64,000 bases of DNA from Lama glama. Taxonomy: Eukaryota. How positions within the stretch are numbered: position 1 is the stretch's first letter; every line of letters starts with the position of its first letter. Both the position numbers and the translations under genes were made by a program. Under the pieces are notes generated by a model that worked only from the letters and a program-made list of their open reading frames with translations, did not search any database and had not been told where the DNA came from. Below are positions 56,761-64,000 of this stretch, one piece after another. The stretch spans positions 92,692,001-92,756,000 of the forward strand of contig CM052816.1 of the NCBI GenBank assembly GCA_028534125.1, in the 5' to 3' direction.

Positions 56761-57705
56761 CTAGAATAGTTTTGTTCTTGTAAAATTCTAGTAAGAATCA
56801 CAAAGTTTTAAAAGTGTTCCTTCTCTGGATATTTTTCAAACGTCCAGGTTCCTCCCAGTTGTTCAAAATATGTCACTTGGTCTGGTAAACTTAACATCAT
56901 CCCACCTTTAAATCTTTTTACACCTAGAAAATAGTGTAGTATGAGGAAAAGGTGCTGAAACTAGTCCATTAGATTCTACAGAACTCAATTCCACTTCGTT
57001 CTGGGAAGGGCCATGAGTGTTTATGGTTCAGACCCTGTTCTTTCCTCCTGGTAAGCTTTGAAAGAACCAGCTTATTCCCTCAACACCCTGGACATCTCCA
57101 CACGCATCCATGCTGGAGGGTGCACACCGCCCGGCCAGCTGCGGAACCAGCAAGGGGCTGAGCTGTAGAGGAGGCCACAGGGATGGATCCGGGCTTCACA
57201 TAGTTGAAAAGGGAAAAATAACCGTGGTAGACGGAGCAAGGCTACATTTAAACCCATGATTCAAATGCCCAAAGTTCCTCTGCCCCTTTAAAATTCCTGT
57301 CTGGTCCTACAGGAAATATTTTCATTTAATTTGGAAAGGAACGTGTCCAAGAAAGGCCATTTCTAAAGTCAACTGACGATGAACTGAGGCATATCATAAC
57401 GCAGTATGATTCACGCAAAACCTATTTTTAAGCCTTTAAAGTAGTACATATGCTGCCTAAAATAATCTTTGAATAAATGAATGAGAAAAAGTCTCTAGGA
57501 CATCTGTGAAATTTTTATCATCAACTTCCTAAGGGTGAAAAAGATTGAACTTTGTGCATGCCATTAATTTACAATAAAAAGATAAATTTTTGCCCAAAAG
57601 CAAGAGGGGAGTTGCATTCTATCCATGTTCTCAGCAGCATGGAATCTGCTTCTAGGAGAATCATGCCCACAGCCAGGGGATGGCCAGGCAGCCAGTTAGG
57701 CTACA

Positions 57706-57719
57706 CTGCCCCCTAGAGG
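57706..57719 (-). promoter_or_regulatory. CTCF-like motif CCTCTAGGGGGCAG
   Basis: Near match to CTCF core consensus. Confidence 0.4.
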
Positions 57720-60700
57720 CCATGCAAGCTGTGGCCAGGAGCACTCAGAACTCGGACTCAGCCCAGAATGGGGTGCAGGTGTGCACAGACTTACCCACAC
57801 ACAAAGATTCACAGAGAAGGCTGGGCTAGGAAGACACGTGGGGTTGCGGGGAGAAAAGTCCTGTGATAAAGATGCGGGAGAGGCTGGTCTCAGATCCAGC
57901 ATCCGGCTGGGTCTGATCTAGGCGCACCCCCAACCCAGCCCCTGCCCCACACCCCTGTGCTGAGTGGAGCCCAAAGAAGGAACTGAAGTTCTGCTGGGAG
58001 AAAGCCCCTGAAAAAGCCCCTTCCTCACTAGAGAGAGCTCTGAGAGGAACTCGCAGGGGTGGGGGATCCCGGGGAAGGAATCAACTTCCAGCTGACTCAG
58101 TGGGTGGCTGGATCGGAGCCCCGAGCTCTGGGGTCGGCTCTGGCTGCAGCCTCTCTCAGATGCACAGTCTGAGAGATGCACACAAGCCACAAGCCTGGTC
58201 CCTCTGGAGGTGGGAGCACAACACATCAGAGAGGACCCTTGTCCCCATGTGACCTGGGGAAAGTCCTTGGCATTCTCTACCTTCAGTTTTCTCATCTATG
58301 ACACGGAGTCATTTGCCCACGTACATCTTCCCTAACAGGCAGAGCCAGTTTGAGAACTGAGTGAAACGACCAGAGACGTAGGGAAGTGCTCGAGTCCCAT
58401 GAGCACTTCATCAACAGAAGCCACTTCCACTGGCACCTGCTTCCCTACCCTCTGCTTTTGACCAAGACAATCATTCAGTACCAAAGGGGATGGGTGAGCT
58501 GAAGGACCAGTGTGGGAAGTGTAACAGCCAGAGCAGAAGTAGGTGGTTTCAAGGGTGACTCACAGGCAGAATTTCAGAGGGCACCCGCTATGCAGAGAAC
58601 GCGTGGTTTGGTTTCAGGGAGAGGAAGCAAGGATCACAGGGGAACTGGTCCAGCCGTGAACAGCAGCTCTGCAGCCTGAAATGGCCAACTGCGCCTGTCA
58701 CCTGAGTGGGAGTAAGGGTTTCAGGAGTACTGGGTTATTCTTTGGGGGGGGGGTGACAAAAATAGATCTTAATATGACGAAAGGAAATGTATGAAGGATG
58801 TGAGGGAGGCAGGCAGAAGGCAAGTCAAAGTCAGTATCATGAAGTAAAACCAAGGCAACATGTGTAAGAGAAGAGAGAAAAGGAGAAGAAACCAGGAGCG
58901 TGTCAGGGCAGCGTGTTAGGGAGGGATACCACGTGGACATCGGGCACTGGAGGGTGGAAGCCAGGACCCAGGGCGGACACACAGATCAAGGTCAGTGCTG
59001 GAACCTCAACTACCCAGATATTTACATCAAGTCTAATTTGCTAAAAACAGATTCTGAGATGAAGAATTTTTAATTTTCTTTTTATTCTGCAACATCCCCA
59101 ATGGGTAAGACACCCTCGCTTCAGCAACTGATGCTCCCTGATGTGTCAAGTTGGAGAAAATCTCCTCCCCAGCCCAGGTCATTCTGAGAGCAACCCAGTC
59201 TCCCCGAAAAAACGTCAGCAGTTGGTCAAAGTGTGATTCCTCTTTAGCCCTTCAAGTCTCTGGAGACAGTGCCCGCTCCTGGAGTCTGCCCTTCCTTTCC
59301 CAAGACTTTATTCCTTGAACTCTACCAGTTGCATCAGCACCAGCTCTCTCTCCTCTGAACACTCCGCCCTCTCAGTCTAGGGGCTGGAGCACTGAAGGCA
59401 GCAACACACGTGATCCAAGCAGCAGCGAGCAGCAAAGATGATTGTCCCCGTAGTTGTGACACTGCTTTTACAGCCAATGGGGCAGGAATTACTGTGGACA
59501 CTGCCAATGAATACATGTAAGAATATTTTTTAACACACGCTGTTGCCACCTATGTGGCCCTTACTCTGTAACCTGCCTACATCTGATTCAAAACAGACTC
59601 ATATATTAAAACCCACGGGTGAAATTTCTGTGACAGATATGGAATTATTCTTGCTGGGATCTTTTAGAATCCTATTTTATTATCCAACATACTTGGCAGA
59701 ACCTGGTCTAGACTTCGATAAGCCTGCCCTCCGTGCCAGTCCACCCACTCCCAGGCTTGTGCAGGGGACAGAGGTCTACAGCAGAGGCATCTTCAAGCCC
59801 TGCTCATGTCGTCTAACCAACCCCTGCCCCCGCTAAAGTCTCACCTGCAAGGATTTTAGTGCAGCCACAATTTCTGCTTTGGCACCACGTCTGTCCTGGT
59901 TTTGTGGCAATTTGCCCATTTTCAAGATAAATGGCTCTCAACACAACAAAGATAAGTTTTCAGGGTGCCTGAATGTGGATGCAAAAATCTCTTCAGATAT
60001 TCCACAGGGACCTAAAAGTTCTAAAGAGGTTGTAATAACTATTCACAGTAGCGACAGCACAGGCTGCTCCCCTACAGAAGGTGAAACCAGGGATTAAAAC
60101 CATCTGCTGCCTGGCCTCGGGGCCGCCTAAGAGGACTGGTCTACCACCTCCATCACCACCTTCGTCAGCAAGCCAGTTTGATTGTGGGTCTGGGCTGGAG
60201 ACTACTTCCCTATTCAAGTGCTGGGTGTGAGTAACGTCTTGCTGTCACAAACACTTTCCTCCTGGCAAGGTCTACTCAGAGATGAGTATGGTGGATAAAG
60301 ACAGCCTTGGTCTGTGTTAAATGACACCCTCAGCTGATTCTTTTCCAGCCATTCGGCTCCCATGTTTCTGTCTTGAGTACAAATTAAATGTCAACTGCTG
60401 GTCAAATGCTCACTAATTTCACTGCATACTCTTCCTTAAGTCAGAAACCTGGTAAAGAATGAAATAAAGTTCACCTGGCAGAACTCGTTCATTTGCATCT
60501 TCCTTTCCTGGCAGTTACAGACTATCTTTTCTAGAACTCTGCTTAGGCCTGACCTCGACCTGAATAGTATGTGAAATCTACCTCCTTAAAAACACACAAG
60601 TGCATTCTCAGCCTTCAGGCATCTCTTCCTTTTCCCACAGTTTCTCAGAGATCAACAGACCAAGTTTGGTGATCTAATTATCAAGTTCTTTCACAACCCA

Positions 60701-61548
60701 AGGATCTAATTTGTCTTGGGATAGAGACTTAAACTCATTTAAAAGAAGTAAGTTCATTCTCATAAAATCTTCATCTATTTGGTCATTAACTTGTGTCCAT
60801 CAGCATCACTGGTCCCAAACTCCAAGCACAAGCGTCCTTGATCCTGTGGTTCTGAAGTCTGTGCTTTAAAGAAAAGGAACAGGAAACAAGCAATGAAACC
60901 AAAAAAGCCTTTCAGTCTCCGCGGGCCTACCTTACCCACCGCTTTTAATCCCTCTGACAAAACACTGCTGGTGACCAACCTTCCACCGCTTATTCAGTAA
61001 CGGTAATCAGCAATAAGCAGCAGAGGACAGAAACGCACATGGATAGTTTACGTCCTCTCTCAATTAACCAAAGCCTTCCCACCTTTAGTTTATGAAGCCG
61101 AGCGCCAACATAAGAAAATAAGAATATTAAAAACACGCTCTAAAACAAGTCTAACCAGTACACAGGACTGCATACACGGTCATTTCCAGCAGCGCATTTT
61201 AAGCCCTATAATGTTGCATTCCCTGAACTTCCGTAGAATTGCCTCACCTCTTGGTTAACTTAACTGAGGTCAGTCTCTGAACAACTAATTAAAGTGGACC
61301 TTGCGACACTCCATTTAGAAGTGATCCTTCAATAACAAATGATAAAATCTGGAGTCACTGCACAGGATGCATGTTCAAGGCCTGCTGTAATACTGAGTTA
61401 CAAATACAGATAAGCTAGTATATTATTAATTCATTCATTTAATAATCATGTACTAAGTGACTACTCTGTGTCGGGTATATTAGAGTTCCCTACAGTTTTC
61501 TACACTAATTTCTAATTTCTCTATTGACATAAATTTTTTCTCTACCTG

Positions 61549-61847
61549 GTAAGTCAGAGAGAGAAAGACAACTATTATATGATGTCACTTATATGTGGAA
61601 TCTGAAAAAAAAAATACACATTTTATGTATAAACCAGAAAATAGACTCATGGATATAGAAAACAAACTATGGTTACCAAAGGGGAAAGGAGGGGAGGAAT
61701 AAATTAGGAGTTTGGGATTAACAGACACACACTACTATATATAAAAGAGATAAACAAGGACCTACTGTACAGCACAGAGAACTATAGCAATATCTTATAA
61801 TGAGCCATAATGGAAAAGAAACGGAAAATATATGTGTATGTATGTAT

Positions 61848-61886
<39 letters not shown>

Positions 61887-61964
61887 GCACCAAATCACTT
61901 TCCTGTACACATGAAACTAACATTGTAATTTAATTATACACTTCTATAAAAAAAATTTTAAAAA
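61549..61964 (+). mobile_element. 5'-truncated LINE-1 3' end with target-site duplication
   Basis: aagtcagagagagaaagac...cacttatatgtggaatct...A-rich tail; TTTCTCTACCTG at 61537-61548 and 61965-61976. Confidence 0.85.
61831..61883. repeat. (TATG)n/(TG)n microsatellite within L1 3' UTR
   Basis: tatgtgtatgtatgtatgtgtatgtgtgtgtgtg... Confidence 0.9.
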
Positions 61965-62441
61965 TTTCTCTACCTGAAAATATTGGGTCAATGTGAAGAA
62001 ACAGAAACTTTATGAATTTAAACCAGTTTTAAACCATTCTCTAGGAAAAAAAGAATGTTTTACGTGAATTAGACTAAACTGTGGTAGGATTTTCTTTTTA
62101 GATAATAACATCCCTCTGCCCACTGGAGAACACAAATGTTTCACACATATTTACTTGGTGCAAAAAATCATTCATTTATTTTGCAGCTTTGGCTGGGAAC
62201 AAAAGTAGTCAGTGACGTGCACAATGTAACTTATGCCAGTATGGACAGGGCCAGGAGTAAAGATTCTTTACAACACCTATTCCACCCTAAGGACTGGAGC
62301 TGGAGACAGAGCTGGAGCTGTGCTTATCTCAGAAAGGCTCTGACTGTGACCTTATGGGTCAGAGTGAGGTGCTTACTCTGAGAAGGAGCAACAGAAGTAG
62401 ATGACACATTTCCTGTTGCTCAAAGATGAGTAAGGAAGGTA

Positions 62442-62565
62442 GGGGTGAGGGTATAGGTCAGCGGCAGAGCGCATGCTTAGCATGCACAAGGTCATGGGTT
62501 CAATCCCCAGTACCTTTGTTAAAAATAAATAAATAAGTAAACCTAATTACCTCCTTTTCCTAAAA
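62442..62565 (+). mobile_element. tRNA-Ala-derived SINE (camelid vic-1-type) with 20-bp target-site duplication
   Basis: GGGGTGAGGGTATAGGTCAGCGGCAGAGCGCATGCTTAGCATGCAC...GGTTCAATCCCCAGTACC plus AAATAAAT...ACCTAATTACC tail; TSD AAAGATGAGTAAGGAAGGTA at 62422-62441 and 62566-62585. Confidence 0.9.
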
Positions 62566-62889
62566 AAAGATGAGTAAGGAAGGTATGAGGATTGTACCCA
62601 AGTATTTATACCGAGGTATTTATACTTCTGTGTATTATATTTAAATCTGTATTATTTGTTGAGTACATTATAATACGGGCGAGGAGGAAAAAAAGGAAGA
62701 TTTATTGGCAGCTAGGGTGGTGAGTGTGTAATTTCACCCAACTGGTCCGTAACCCTCCAAGGTGCTGTTAGTCCCATTCTGTAGTGAGAAAGCTGAGGCA
62801 CGCAAAACAGCCCGCCCTGGACCACTCAGTTGGTCAAGTCAGGAAATGTGTTACACTGTAATATACTTCCTTAATTATTTTAATAAAGA

Positions 62890-63110
62890 TTCTATTGAAA
62901 GGGAAGAACTTACAACCAAGAATACTCTATCCAGCAAGACTCTCATTCAGATTTGGAGAAATCAAAAGCTTCACAGATAAACAAAACCTATAAGAATTCA
63001 GCACCACCAAACCAGCTTTAAAACAAACATTAAAGGAACTTCTCTAGCCATTAAACCACAAGAAAAGAGAACAAAAAGAAGACAGAGGAAAAAAAAGACC
63101 TGCAAAAGAT
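62890..63110 (+). mobile_element. LINE-1 ORF1 C-terminus and inter-ORF spacer
   Basis: Reads (with frameshifts) LKGKNLQPRILYPARLSFRF...EIKSFTDKQ...FSTTKPAL...LKELL*. Confidence 0.8.
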
Positions 63111-64000
63111 TGCTTTGGTAATTTGGGTTCTTCTATGGTTCCATATAAATTTTGGAATTGTTTATTCTAGTTCTGTGAAAAATGTAGTGGGTATTTTGAT
63201 GGGGGTTGCACTGGATCTGCAGACTGCTTTGGTTAGTATGGCCATTTTGATAATGTTGATTCTTCCAATCCAAGAGCACAAGATATCTTTCCATTTCTGT
63301 GTATCATATTCAATTTCCTTCATCAATGTTTTACAGTTTTCAGAGTGTAGGTAACCTCCTAGGTTAGGTTTATTTCTAGGTATTTTGTTGTTTTTGATGC
63401 AATGGAAATATTTATGCCAGTTACAAAATTCTGGTTTTTGAAGTACAAAAAACAAAACAAAACTAAACAGTGAATAAAGGGCCACAAATGGTAAAATAGC
63501 CTTCTTTTTTATGGGTGAGTTGTATTCCATTGAATATATGTGCTACATCTTCTTTATCTATTCACCTATTGATGTGCACTTAGGATGCTTCCATATGTTG
63601 GCAATTATAAATGCTGCTGCTGTTAATAGCAAGGTGTATGTATCTTTTTGAATTAATGTTTTTGTTTTTCTTGGACGTATGCCCAGGAGTGGAACTGCTG
63701 GGCCATATGGCGGTTCTGTTTCGGGGTTTTGAGAAACCTCCGTATTGTTTTCCATAGTGGCTGCACCAATTTACATTCCCACCAATAGTGTTCAAGGGTT
63801 CCCCTTCCTCCACATCCTTGCCAACATTTGTTGTGTTCTTTTTGATGATGGCTATTCTGACAGGCGTGAGATGGTGTCTCATGGTTTTGACTTGCATTTC
63901 CCTGATATCAGTGATGTTGAGCAGCTTTTCTTGTTCCTGTTGGCCGTCTGCATTTCCTCTTGTGGAAAAATGTCTGTTCAGTTCTTCTGCCCATATTTTA
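63111..64000 (-). mobile_element. LINE-1 ORF2 fragments (RT C-terminal part approx. 63111-63410; ORF2 C-terminal part approx. 63480-64000)
   Basis: [29 protein letters not shown]...[14 protein letters not shown] and MQVKTMRHHLTPVRIAIIKK motifs. Confidence 0.9.

Noticed and set aside
62442..62520. tRNA-Ala-like sequence as a genuine tRNA gene (also approx. 3175-3249)
   Set aside because: Degenerate stems, A-rich SINE tail and TSD show these are SINEs.

Overview
Mammalian genomic DNA, most likely a camelid (camel/alpaca lineage), judged from two tRNA-Ala-derived vic-1-type SINEs. The whole window lies inside the TRIO gene (Trio Rho GEF) on the minus strand. I reconstructed 22 consecutive coding exons (51647 down to 8018; 2913 nt = 971 codons) with consistent splice phases and no stops. 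They encode the C-terminal spectrin repeats, the GEF1 DH-PH1 module and the linker before SH3-1. One intron uses a GC donor. Introns carry ordinary eutherian repeats (L1, L2, MIR, MER20, MER5A, Tigger, MLT1) and several near-perfect, co-oriented CTCF motifs. The best candidate for something new is a putative alternative first coding exon at 31162-31269: Kozak ATG, 36 open codons and an ATG|GTAAGT donor in the correct phase. It would give an N-terminally truncated Trio lacking the autoinhibitory spectrin region. Most ORFs in the supplied track are spurious. There is no prokaryotic-type system here. Repeat family names and human residue numbers are from memory and repeat boundaries are approximate.
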